Of a stretch of DNA of 64,000 bases, positions 29,236 through 38,584 are shown one piece after another. The first letter of the stretch is position 1. Each line of letters starts with the position of its first letter. The position numbers were made by a program, and so were the translations under genes. The DNA lies in NCBI GenBank assembly GCA_965222075.1, contig OZ244937.1, positions 3,264,001 through 3,328,000 of the forward strand, given 5' to 3'. The notes under the pieces were generated by a model. That model was not told the DNA's origin. It made no database searches and worked only from the letters and a program-made list of their open reading frames with translations. This stretch comes from Candidatus Latescibacterota bacterium. GTDB lineage: Bacteria > Latescibacterota > UBA2968 > GCA-2709665.

Positions 29236-31947
29236 ATGGAGATTCAAAATGTTTCTTTTGCGTGCGAGAATGTGAAACGCTATCCGTGGGCGCGGGCAAT
29301 TGTGGAGGAGTGGAAGCAGGATGCGGCCTATGCAATGGAGCAGGAGCGGTCATTTTTCGAGGAGATGATTTCGGAGCTGACGCTGTGGCCGGAGTACGGA
29401 CAGAACTGCCCGGTGTGCGTCAACCGGCTGTCTTCAATGGGAGAGTGCGGGATTTATGAATGGAATATACGCGATCCGGACCGGCTGGTTTGTATGTACT
29501 GTAAGACAGCGTATCCCAATCCCGAGTACCCGGAAACGGGGCGTGTGACGGCGCCCCGGATGGGGCAAACCTTTGACTTTTACCTGACGGAGGAGGAACG
29601 GGCGCACCCGGAGGACCGATCCGGCAAGTATGCGTTCAAATGGAGCCGCAATCCGGTGCATACGAGCTGGAGCGGGGTGATCAGGTCAAAGAAGGCCACC
29701 TGGTGCGTTCACCGGGTCCCAACGCTGGCCAGGCTGTATGGGTTGACGGGGGAGGTGGCATACGCGGAGCGGGCGGCCTGGATTATGGATATGATGGCGC
29801 AGCGGTATCCCAACTGGCTGTTCCATTCCTACGACGGGACGGTGGCGGATCTGCCGCCGGCGGAAGTGGCTGTGGAGATGGGTAGAAATCCCCGGGGCGG
29901 GCAGTTCCAGCCCGAGGCGATTGTTTCGGCTTTCGAGGGGCGACACCGCGACGGGGAATACGCAACGCTGTTTAACGGGTTCTGGGGTGCTGGACGATTT
30001 GGGTGCAGCGGGTCGGATGGGGGGATCATTCTGAGTGTGACCCTGAGCTACGATTTGATCCGGGAGGCAACTTACCAGGACGGGACGCCGGTGATCACGC
30101 CGGAGATGGACCGGCGGATTCGAGAGGACCTGATTCTGGCGGGATGTGCGGATACGGAGAACTGGAACGATATCAACAATAAGTGCGGGCGGGGCCGGGC
30201 GTTGAGTGGGGCGGTGGGCATTCTTTTCCAGCGGCCGGCGAGCGTGCGGCGGGCGATTGAGGGGTTTGAGCTGCTGATAGAAAACGATTTTCACTTTGAC
30301 GGATTTTGCTGCGAGTCCCCCGGCTATTCCGGTATGCACCTTGGGATGATGCGCCAGATTCCGGAGATTCTAATGGGGTATTCGGATCCGGAAGGGTATA
30401 CGCCCGAGAAAGGGGAGCCCTTGAAAGACTTCGACCCTTTTCAGGCGTTTGAACGCTACAGGCTGGCGCTGGAGAGTATGGTGCGGATGCTGGATCCACG
30501 GATGTGCTATCCAGTAATCGGAGATAGCAGGGATGGCAGTGGACTGGACGCCGAATACGCCGAGATTCTAACCGCGCATTACGGGAACCGCTACGCCGGG
30601 CTGCTGGAGCGGGCGCTGGAAGCGCCACTGGCGGAGGCCGGAAGCGAGTACGCCCTGTGGCGCCGGGATCCGGATCTGAAGGTGGGGCAGGATGCCGACC
30701 TGCCGCTGTATTCGGAATGGTTTCCCGGCTGGCACGTGGCGGTGCTGCGGGGTGAACATGTGCGCGACCATACGGCGTTCTACTTCAACGGGTATGCCTA
30801 TGGCGGCCACCGACACTACGATACCCTGGGGGTTATTTACATTGCCCACGGAAAGGAGATGGCCGCCGACCGGGGATACATCTGGGACGATCCGCGCAAC
30901 GCGTGGACCAAGAGCACGTTGTCGCACAATATCGTGACGGTGGATGGGGTGAACCAGAACGGTGAGGGGTGTCACTCGACGCTGGAGCTATTCGGGAGGG
31001 GGCCGGGGGTTGAGGTTGTGCAGGCCTCGGCGAACGCGTATGAACAATGTGACCGGTATCAGCGAATGTGTGCGCTGGTGGAGGTCCCCGAAGGACTGAG
31101 CTATGTGGTGGACTTTTTCCGGGTCCGGGGAGGAAAGCTACACCGGTACGGATTTCACTGCAACGGGAAGATGATCCGGATAAAGGGCGCTGATCCGGCG
31201 CCGGTGGAGGAGGAGATCCAGTGGCTAAGCAACCTGAGGGGAGCGACACCCGGAGATGCGTTCACAGCCACGTGGGAACATGAGGGTGTGAAGATGGACC
31301 TGACGCTGCTGAATCCGATCGACCGGCTCCTGGTGGCGGATGCGCCTGGGTGGCGGCACGACGTGGGCAGCGATCTTCACGCGCCCCCGGTGCAGCAGAT
31401 CTTAGCGGAACGGACGGGTGGGGAAAGCCGTTACGCAGCGGTGATGGCGCCGTATGAGGGAGAGACGTCACCGATCCAATCGGCCCGTCTCGTCTTAGAC
31501 GATGCCGGGAGCGGGGCGATGGCCGTGGCCGTGGAGCGGGAGGGATGTACGGATTATATTCTCTCGTCTCCGGATGGGGCAGCCTGTCAGTGCGGTCCCG
31601 TTGTCATGGCCGGACGCTTCGGATTCGCCTCTGTCGATGCAGAAGGGAAGACGCTGCGGGCCTATCTGCTGGACGGGACGGAACTGGTGTGTGGCGAAGA
31701 GAGGTTAGAGCTTTCCCAGGGGCAGACGCCTCTGAAGGTCGCTTCGGTTGAAGGGCGAACCTACCACCTGGCGGAGGACGTGCCGGGAGACAGGGCGCTT
31801 GCAGGGACCTATCTGCTGGCGGATGAGACGGGCTACGAGATCAAATCGGCCGCGGCCAGGACGATCACGGTGCGGGACTATCCGGCGGTTGAATGTGATG
31901 AGGTGAAGCTGCTGAATGCCGATGTTAGCGTATCTCTAAAGGACTGA
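29236..31947 (+). CDS. Heparinase II/III-family protein, paralogue of 13194-15926
   Basis: CPVC..DPDRLVC..C.T.YPN.EYPE, FDG...ESPGY, GYSDPEGY, H.H.DTL, D.GY.WD, T.SHN.V.VDG. Confidence 0.8.
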   Translation: MEIQNVSFACENVKRYPWARAIVEEWKQDAAYAMEQERSFFEEMISELTLWPEYGQNCPVCVNRLSSMGECGIYEWNIRDPDRLVCMYCKTAYPNPEYPETGRVTAPRMGQTFDFYLTEEERAHPEDRSGKYAFKWSRNPVHTSWSGVIRSKKATWCVHRVPTLARLYGLTGEVAYAERAAWIMDMMAQRYPNWLFHSYDGTVADLPPAEVAVEMGRNPRGGQFQPEAIVSAFEGRHRDGEYATLFNGFWGAGRFGCSGSDGGIILSVTLSYDLIREATYQDGTPVITPEMDRRIREDLILAGCADTENWNDINNKCGRGRALSGAVGILFQRPASVRRAIEGFELLIENDFHFDGFCCESPGYSGMHLGMMRQIPEILMGYSDPEGYTPEKGEPLKDFDPFQAFERYRLALESMVRMLDPRMCYPVIGDSRDGSGLDAEYAEILTAHYGNRYAGLLERALEAPLAEAGSEYALWRRDPDLKVGQDADLPLYSEWFPGWHVAVLRGEHVRDHTAFYFNGYAYGGHRHYDTLGVIYIAHGKEMAADRGYIWDDPRNAWTKSTLSHNIVTVDGVNQNGEGCHSTLELFGRGPGVEVVQASANAYEQCDRYQRMCALVEVPEGLSYVVDFFRVRGGKLHRYGFHCNGKMIRIKGADPAPVEEEIQWLSNLRGATPGDAFTATWEHEGVKMDLTLLNPIDRLLVADAPGWRHDVGSDLHAPPVQQILAERTGGESRYAAVMAPYEGETSPIQSARLVLDDAGSGAMAVAVEREGCTDYILSSPDGAACQCGPVVMAGRFGFASVDAEGKTLRAYLLDGTELVCGEERLELSQGQTPLKVASVEGRTYHLAEDVPGDRALAGTYLLADETGYEIKSAAARTITVRDYPAVECDEVKLLNADVSVSLKD

Positions 31948-32077
31948 TGCCATCGGGAACGACCGTAAAGCCGGATGACCAAAGCGGCCAGGTGGTGGTC
32001 GTCAGGAATCGAATGCGCATAGCGCAGGGCCAAATTTCAAAATTTTTTCAAACCCCCACCCAAAGGAGGAAACCGCC

Positions 32078-32950
32078 ATGTCTCTCACCCACGACCCCGA
32101 AAAAAACGTCTATCACTTTGAAACCGGAGACCTCAAAGGGTTCATCGACCCCGAAGGCCAGCGCCACGGCGTCAAGGAACTGGTCCATAAGCCCACCGGC
32201 TTCCAGGTCGTACACCCAAAATTCGACCTCCTCAACCTCTTCCTTTTATTCTCCACCAACCACTACATGGGCACTGCCCGTGAAAAAGAACGAACCGTCA
32301 AAGCCGAGCGCGACACCCTTGAAGTCCACTGGGCTCCGACGGACGACCACAAGGCCCAACTCACCGCCTCTTACCGAATCGTCGAACCGAACCTCATCGA
32401 CTTAGACGTCACCGTCCGGTCAAACTGGCCTTATCCCGCCTACGAAGTCTTCCTCTCCAGCTACTTCGACCTCTCCATGCGCCCCTACGTCTACGTGCAG
32501 GGAAGTCCTTTCGACGATCCTCCGGACCAGCCCCGGTGGATCGCCCCCACAGTCAACGACGTCTTCGTGGGCACCGGCCTGGTCTTTCCCCGGGACCAGC
32601 ATGCCGCACGCTGCTCCGTGGACGGGCGGTGGGACAGGATCTGGTCCCTCTACCAGTGGAACCCGCAGCGCTATTACGAGCTCCCAATCATCATGCAGGC
32701 CGACACCGAGCGCGGCATCGCCGCCGTCCTCATGTCCCGTCCCGGTGACTGCTACGCCGTCATCAGCGGCTACGAATCGGACAACATGAACGACCCCTTC
32801 AAAGACCAGAACCCGCTCTACCTCTCCCTCTTCGGCGACGACCTCCGGTCCGGCGACGAACGCACCGTCCGCACCCGGTTTGCCGTCACCGAAATCGACG
32901 AGGCCATGTCCCAGCCTCTGGCCCTCTACGACGCCTTCATCGCCGAGTAA
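32078..32950 (+). CDS. Hypothetical beta-rich protein (possibly galactose-mutarotase-like fold)
   Basis: AAAGGAGG RBS, strong codon bias, 290 aa; fold guess is weak. Confidence 0.65.
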   Translation: MSLTHDPEKNVYHFETGDLKGFIDPEGQRHGVKELVHKPTGFQVVHPKFDLLNLFLLFSTNHYMGTAREKERTVKAERDTLEVHWAPTDDHKAQLTASYRIVEPNLIDLDVTVRSNWPYPAYEVFLSSYFDLSMRPYVYVQGSPFDDPPDQPRWIAPTVNDVFVGTGLVFPRDQHAARCSVDGRWDRIWSLYQWNPQRYYELPIIMQADTERGIAAVLMSRPGDCYAVISGYESDNMNDPFKDQNPLYLSLFGDDLRSGDERTVRTRFAVTEIDEAMSQPLALYDAFIAE

Positions 32951-32973
32951 TGGCATGAAGGACCTACCCCCCC

Positions 32974-34131
32974 TCAGCCGTGCTTTCGGAACACCCGCAA
33001 AGACACCAGCGCGGCAATCGCGTAGAGTCCGCCCCCGATCACAAAGATCAGATGTGTGGGCAGATAAAGCTGCAGTGTCATCCACCCCAGCATCGGGCCT
33101 GCTGCAGACCCCATATCCGATGCCGTCACATAGGACGCCACCGCCCGCGACCCCCGCAAGCCCGCCTCGGAAACCATCACCACGGTTGCGCCCACACCGC
33201 ACACAAAGAAGAGCAGCACCAAGACTACCAGCGGCACGGTCCCCGGCATCCTGGACGCCGTCAGCATCGCCAGAGATCCCAGCCCGAAGAACAGCAGCGC
33301 ACCCCGCCGCCGCCCGATCCGGTCGCTCAACGCTCCCAGCACCGGCGCGAAAAGGCCGTCCGTCACCCACCGCGACGCCAGCAGCATCCCGTTCAGCGTC
33401 GCCACGCCGATCACCAGCCCCCCAACCGTCAGCGAATTCCCCAGGGACGCCTTTAACACCATCCCCAGCGTGGACATCATCAGCCCCGCGCCCACGCACC
33501 CCACAACAAAACCGCAGACCAGCAGCCCAGGATCCCGCCAGGCCGACGCCTCGAGTCCAGGCAATGCTCGCTCCACATGCGGGAGCCGCCACCGGGAGAA
33601 GATGCCCAGCGGCACCCCCATCAGCGACAGCCCTCCGAAAATCGTCAGCGTCAGCGTAAACCCGACCAGATCGTATCCCATCGCCCCCGCCAGGTTTCCT
33701 GCCACCGACCCCAGGTGGTGGATCCCGTTGTAAAATCCCATCATCCGCCCGATCGCGCCCTCGGGGGCGCTGTCCACCACGGTCATCAACCCGATCTGCC
33801 GGATAAACGACCAGCTCAACCCCCACAGTACCCGCGCCCCCAGCAGGATGGGAAACAGGGAAACCGTTCCGTAGACCACCGTCGTGGCCGCGCCCAGCGT
33901 TAGAGAAAGAACCAGCAGCAGTGTCAGACTGTACCGCCGGCAGAGCCGTTCGGCCAGGTGGTTCGTCAACAGCCGGATCCAGCGGTTCACCGAAAGGATC
34001 AGCCCCACCTGGTAGGGCATCAGCCCAAGCGCTGTATAACAGGTGGGCAGAACCGAGTAGAGCGTCTGATCCCCCAGCAGGGAAAACGCCGTCGCCAGCG
34101 CGACCAGGACAACAGGGCGGGAGGGGCGCAT
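32974..34131 (-). CDS. MFS transporter
   Basis: SLLGD..LY.VLP, SVNRWIRL, GALSDRIGRR; multiple TM segments. Confidence 0.88.
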   Translation of the reverse strand: MRPSRPVVLVALATAFSLLGDQTLYSVLPTCYTALGLMPYQVGLILSVNRWIRLLTNHLAERLCRRYSLTLLLVLSLTLGAATTVVYGTVSLFPILLGARVLWGLSWSFIRQIGLMTVVDSAPEGAIGRMMGFYNGIHHLGSVAGNLAGAMGYDLVGFTLTLTIFGGLSLMGVPLGIFSRWRLPHVERALPGLEASAWRDPGLLVCGFVVGCVGAGLMMSTLGMVLKASLGNSLTVGGLVIGVATLNGMLLASRWVTDGLFAPVLGALSDRIGRRRGALLFFGLGSLAMLTASRMPGTVPLVVLVLLFFVCGVGATVVMVSEAGLRGSRAVASYVTASDMGSAAGPMLGWMTLQLYLPTHLIFVIGGGLYAIAALVSLRVFRKHG

Positions 34132-34146
34132 TGACCTCTTCCGAAC

Positions 34147-34395
34147 CTAATAAATCCGGTCTCGAAGCGCGTAATGCGCCATCACCAGCCCCTCCTGCGG
34201 TCCCAGACGGAAAACCGTCGGCTTCACCCCGAGCAGGTCGGCGTGCTGCGTCGCGTAGAGGTGGAGCAGGAGCCTCAGCAGCGCCTTCCGTCCGCCCCGG
34301 TCCTCCTCCAGACCGGTAAACGTCTCGTGAACCTTCTGCAGATAGGGGTGCTTCAGGTCCGCATTGGCCCTCGCAGCCATCCCCCTGGTCATCAC
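34147..34395 (-). CDS. Small hypothetical protein or 3' remnant of a gene
   Basis: Host-like codons (…DLKHPYLQKVHETF…AHYALRDRIY) ending 15 nt before the MFS start; start uncertain. Confidence 0.4.
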   Translation of the reverse strand: MMTRGMAARANADLKHPYLQKVHETFTGLEEDRGGRKALLRLLLHLYATQHADLLGVKPTVFRLGPQEGLVMAHYALRDRIY

Positions 34396-34774
34396 GCTTG
34401 TCCTCTTTTCCCTCTTCCATCCGATCCTGGCCGATCCGCCCACGCTGGAAGAGACATATCAGAAATGGATAAAAACCAGGGTCGACTCCCTGATCGTGAG
34501 GGGCAGATTAAGACTGACGCCTTATGCCCCTATGAAATACAACATGCCTATCGCAAAACCTGATCCCAACATCGTCTACAACATGCCCATTGCAAAACCT
34601 GATCCCAACATCGTCTACAACATGCCTGGCGCCCGGACGCCACGGAAAATTCCGCGCCTCCACCTGCCGAAACAATTCTCCCTGCTGAATATCCTCAAAT
34701 TGGGGGCCATCTACATTCCTTTCCAAAAACAGGTAATAGACTTGACCTCCTTCTCTCTTCCCCCTCGTCTCTAA
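34364..34774 (+). CDS. Putative small secreted protein with YNMPIAKPDPNIV tandem repeats (start uncertain, may be a remnant)
   Basis: Hydrophobic N-terminus ending HPILA-DPP; in-frame 39-bp repeats; TTG start without a clear RBS. Confidence 0.45.
   Translation: MALAAIPLVITLVLFSLFHPILADPPTLEETYQKWIKTRVDSLIVRGRLRLTPYAPMKYNMPIAKPDPNIVYNMPIAKPDPNIVYNMPGARTPRKIPRLHLPKQFSLLNILKLGAIYIPFQKQVIDLTSFSLPPRL
34538..34627 (+). repeat. 39-bp tandem repeat, about 2.3 copies
   Basis: tacaacatgcc(t/c)at(c/t)gcaaaacctgatcccaacatcgtc twice, then tacaacatgcct. Confidence 0.9.
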
Positions 34775-34791
34775 ACTTTCAAACTTTCTTC

Positions 34792-36192
34792 TCACCGCAC
34801 ATCATACCTCAAAATCGCCACATACGCCCCGGCGAATCCCAAAACTGCCAGCAGCGCCAGGTTCAAAATGTGAAACACATTCCGGTGCAGGCATTCTTCC
34901 AGCGTCTCATGCGACTGGTACACGAACGAAACGAAATCGGTAAATACGCGGTCGTCCCAATGCTGGGCCCTTCGCTCCTGAATGTACCGGGCCATGTAGG
35001 TCAAATACACGCTCAATGCCGCTTCAACCTCCTCCTGCTGAAAGGGTCCGGTGCGGGCCAGGTCCATCGACGTGAAACTGACCGCGCCCAGTGGAGAAAC
35101 AGAAGACAGGAGCATCGCCAGACGCTGCTCTCGCTGCGCCCGGTTTCGCCATTCCTGCTGCAGGTCGTGCAACCGGGCGTAGAACGTTTTGTCCCACTCC
35201 ACATGGACCGCCGCCTCCCCCGCCAGCAGCGTTGTCTGCTGCGCCTTCGGCAGCCCATCCCAATCCTCCACACCCTGCTTCTCCCAGTAGGCGTCCACCT
35301 CCGCCCCCCGTGCCTTTCGGATCTCTTCACGCAGCTCGCTGACCTGCCGGTCGGTATCGTAAACGCTCCCGACCGACGCGAAATGCTGCGCCGCATCCAC
35401 CGCCAGGTTCGGCAACACATAAAGCCAGACCGTCCACAGCCCCAGCAGCCCTAAGAAAGCAGTCATCCGTCGGTGCGTCAGCGCCGACACAAAAAGCCCG
35501 AATGCCGCAAACACCGTCAGATACAGGGAAAACACCCCCATCAGAACGGCGACCCGCTTCCAGTCGTCCCCTCCCAGACCCGGTTCCGGCGACAGCGCCA
35601 GAACCAGACACACCAGCAAAAACGCAACGGCAAACGGCGCCAGCACCGCCACCGTCGAGCCGACCAGTTTGGCCAACGCCAGCATCGAGCGAGACACCGG
35701 AAAGGAAGCGTAGAGCCTCAACGTACCCGCCTCCTTCTCGCCGCAAACCGCATCGTAGGTGAAAAGCAGCATACTCAGGCTCAAAACAACCTTCACCACA
35801 AACGCCAGATCCAGCACACCGAACAGCGCGTGGACCGGATCGGTTGCGAAACTGCTGGCCTCAAACCGGAGGTACCGTCGGTACTGGATCAGCACCTCCT
35901 GCCCCAGCGCGCCCGACAGCCCGTACACCAGCGGGCTCAACGCCTCCGGCCGCCGGTTCCAGCGATAGCCGTACCATTCCAGATCGGACGACCTGCCCTT
36001 CTCCCGCATATTCTCCACTGCCTCCCGGTTCTTTCCGGCAACCGCCTGATACTGCTCACGCTGCAAAAGATAATTCTGAATGCCCACATACGTGCCCAGG
36101 CCCGAAAGCAGGATGCAGAAAGCGAACACCACAACGAACCGCAAATCAAGCAGATGGTGTAAAAGCTCTTTTTGAACCAGCCTGCCGAACAT
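34792..36192 (-). CDS. ABC-2-type permease, class B paralogue
   Basis: MFGRLVQKEL..DLRF, YDAVCGEKEAGTLRL, KL.G, SP, C-terminal LRYDVR. Confidence 0.88.
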   Translation of the reverse strand: MFGRLVQKELLHHLLDLRFVVVFAFCILLSGLGTYVGIQNYLLQREQYQAVAGKNREAVENMREKGRSSDLEWYGYRWNRRPEALSPLVYGLSGALGQEVLIQYRRYLRFEASSFATDPVHALFGVLDLAFVVKVVLSLSMLLFTYDAVCGEKEAGTLRLYASFPVSRSMLALAKLVGSTVAVLAPFAVAFLLVCLVLALSPEPGLGGDDWKRVAVLMGVFSLYLTVFAAFGLFVSALTHRRMTAFLGLLGLWTVWLYVLPNLAVDAAQHFASVGSVYDTDRQVSELREEIRKARGAEVDAYWEKQGVEDWDGLPKAQQTTLLAGEAAVHVEWDKTFYARLHDLQQEWRNRAQREQRLAMLLSSVSPLGAVSFTSMDLARTGPFQQEEVEAALSVYLTYMARYIQERRAQHWDDRVFTDFVSFVYQSHETLEECLHRNVFHILNLALLAVLGFAGAYVAILRYDVR

Positions 36193-36229
36193 AAAGAACT
36201 CCTCAGTCACAAGCCATGACGTGTGACGC

Positions 36230-37663
36230 TCATCTCACATCGTACCTCAGCATCTTCACATACGCCCCGACAAAAAAGAGCACCCCCCAGATCGCCAAAA
36301 TCCCCACATCCACCATCGCTGCCTGGACCTCGCCTTCCGGCCATCTCTCCCGGTAAGTAAAACGAGGCATATCCGAAAGATCCCACGTGTACTCCCCGTA
36401 CTTATCCGGATTGATCCGCTTCAAATGGGAACCGTCTACGGCATCCACATACCAGGTACGGTGCTGCGCGTAGTACTGATCGTAAACCGAGAGAAACCGC
36501 GCCTGGCGATCCATGCCCGTTCCGGCCAGGCGAACCGTTGCGCTGTTAAACGCAAACGCCGGCGAGAATCGCGCCAGCGCCACGGCCAGGTTCAGCCGCG
36601 CCTGATATCGGTTGCGAAAAGCCTCCTCCAGGCGTTCGTACGCCACCTGCGTGATCTCAAACAGCGCCTCTTGCCGGGTCTTTCTGTAGTGTAACCGCTG
36701 CAGCTCCTGGCCTTCCCGGCTTTGCCACCACTCCTCTCCCTTTGACTTCAAATAGGCATCTGACCACGCACGCCTCGCCTCGCGCCAGCGCTGCACATTC
36801 GCCTTTGTAATCGCCTCCTTATCCGCCTCCAACTCGTGAATCGAAGACGCGGGTCGAACGCTGTCTGCGACAATCAGGCTCAACCTCGGCAGAACCACCA
36901 CCGTAGTCACCCAGAACCCCAGCAGAATCACAAACGATGTGGACGCGCGCTGGGTCATACACGAAGCCAGCAACCCGGCGCAAACGAACACCGTCAAATA
37001 GACCCCAAAAGCCGCCATCACAAGCCCCAGCCGCTGCAACTCCGAGCCCGTAAACCGAACATCCGGCATCATCAGAATGACGGCAATCCCCAGCAGCAGA
37101 GGCAGGCCGAATGCCGACAGCGTTGGAAGCAACGCGCCGAAAACCTTGCCCAGCAGCAAGCGGTGCCTGGGCACGGAAAAAGAAGTATTCAGCCGCAACG
37201 TACCCGCTTCCTTCTCTCCGCAGACCGCGTCGTACGTAAACAGGAGCACGAACAGGCTCAACACCGCCTGAATCACCAGCCCCAGATCCAGGGGCGGAAA
37301 AACCGCAAGCAAAGGCTTCACCTCCATCCAGCTCCGAACCGACCGCCGATTGAACGTATTGGGAATCGACCGACCCAGAACCGGATCCAGCCCCCGGATA
37401 AAAATACCCATGACCGCCGGCGGCTTGTGCTCCAGATATCCCTGAGCCACAAACTCCGAGTAGTTCTCGGCCGCATCAATCTCCCGGATGCGATTCGCGG
37501 TTGCCGCCTGCGCCAGCCGATAGTCCTTCAGGCTATTCTGGTAGTAAAGGTACCCGCTATAGAGGCTCAACCAGATCACCAACGTGCCGATGGCCGACAG
37601 AATAAGAAATCGGAGGCTGGAAATATGATCCAGAAGCTCCTTGCGGATCAGGTGGGCGAGCAT
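36230..37663 (-). CDS. ABC-2-type permease, class A paralogue
   Basis: MLAHLIRKELLDHISSLRF, VFPPLDL, YDAVCGEKEAGTLRL, SPAFAF, LRYDVR. Confidence 0.88.
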   Translation of the reverse strand: MLAHLIRKELLDHISSLRFLILSAIGTLVIWLSLYSGYLYYQNSLKDYRLAQAATANRIREIDAAENYSEFVAQGYLEHKPPAVMGIFIRGLDPVLGRSIPNTFNRRSVRSWMEVKPLLAVFPPLDLGLVIQAVLSLFVLLFTYDAVCGEKEAGTLRLNTSFSVPRHRLLLGKVFGALLPTLSAFGLPLLLGIAVILMMPDVRFTGSELQRLGLVMAAFGVYLTVFVCAGLLASCMTQRASTSFVILLGFWVTTVVVLPRLSLIVADSVRPASSIHELEADKEAITKANVQRWREARRAWSDAYLKSKGEEWWQSREGQELQRLHYRKTRQEALFEITQVAYERLEEAFRNRYQARLNLAVALARFSPAFAFNSATVRLAGTGMDRQARFLSVYDQYYAQHRTWYVDAVDGSHLKRINPDKYGEYTWDLSDMPRFTYRERWPEGEVQAAMVDVGILAIWGVLFFVGAYVKMLRYDVR

Positions 37664-37766
37664 GACAGCCCTCAATGGGGTAGGTGCGTAGGGTGAAAAG
37701 AAAACGGGCCTTCCCGATAGATTCAGGCCATCCCGGTGGGTTCGATTCCGTAGGCGTAAAGTGGAA

Positions 37767-38513
37767 TCAACTCGCGGCAGGCGCCTCTTCCTCCTGCTCG
37801 CCTCCCTCCGCGCCGTACATATAGTCGATATACAGCTTCTCCAGGTCCTCGTCCTCTAACTCCTGACGGGTCCGCTCCATAATCAACCGCCCCGACTTCA
37901 TAATCCCCACCCGGTCCGCCAGCGTGCGCGCACGGAAAATATCGTGCGTGGACATAAACACCGCCTTCCCCTCTTCCTGAAGATCCTCCAACAGCCGGAG
38001 AAACTCCGCACCCGCCTGAGGGTCCAGCCCAGACGTCGGCTCGTCCAAAATCACCGCAGGCGCATCCCGGATAATCACAATCGCTATCCCCACCTTCTGG
38101 CGCATCCCCTTGGAATACTCCTTCACCCGCTGCTCAAACGAATTTTCCGGCAAACCCACCCGGCGCAGAATCTGGTAATACCCCTCCCTATCCGTCTGTT
38201 TTCCCGCCAACCCGGCGAAGAAATCCAGGTTCTGACGGCCGGTGAAGTTGCCATAGAGCATCACATTCTCCGACAGGTAGGCCACATACTTCTTGGCCTC
38301 TAAGGGGTCCCGCGTCACATCCACATCGTTGATCCTGGCCGTGCCTTCGGTCGGCTCGATAAAATTCAGCATCAGGTTAATCGCGGTGGACTTGCCTGCC
38401 CCGTTGGCCCCCAGCAGGCAGAAGATCTCCCCCGGTTCCACCTTCAAATTGAGGTGGTCCAGCGCCAGCACCCCGTCCTCATACCGCTTCGTCAGGTCAA
38501 TCGACTCGATCAT
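37767..38513 (-). CDS. ABC transporter ATP-binding protein
   Basis: Walker A GANGAGKS, signature YSKGMRQK, Walker B ILDEPTSGLD, H-switch STH. Confidence 0.95.
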   Translation of the reverse strand: MIESIDLTKRYEDGVLALDHLNLKVEPGEIFCLLGANGAGKSTAINLMLNFIEPTEGTARINDVDVTRDPLEAKKYVAYLSENVMLYGNFTGRQNLDFFAGLAGKQTDREGYYQILRRVGLPENSFEQRVKEYSKGMRQKVGIAIVIIRDAPAVILDEPTSGLDPQAGAEFLRLLEDLQEEGKAVFMSTHDIFRARTLADRVGIMKSGRLIMERTRQELEDEDLEKLYIDYMYGAEGGEQEEEAPAAS

Positions 38514-38540
38514 CGCCTCCTCCTTTATGGAAGGGTTGGG

Positions 38541-38584
38541 ACCCCTCCCCCATCCCTCTCAGGGAAGGGGGCCGGGGGGTTAGG
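38541..38584. repeat. REP-like GC-rich palindromic element
   Basis: CCCCTCCCC-N-GGGAAGGGG gccGGGGGGTTAGG between the NEW3 and ATPase genes. Confidence 0.45.

Noticed and set aside
34538-34627. Repeat array considered as CRISPR
   Set aside because: Head-to-tail 39-bp coding repeats without spacers; no cas genes.
37735-37755. GGTTCGATTCC tRNA T-loop-like string
   Set aside because: The T-stem does not pair fully and no cloverleaf or acceptor stem can be built.
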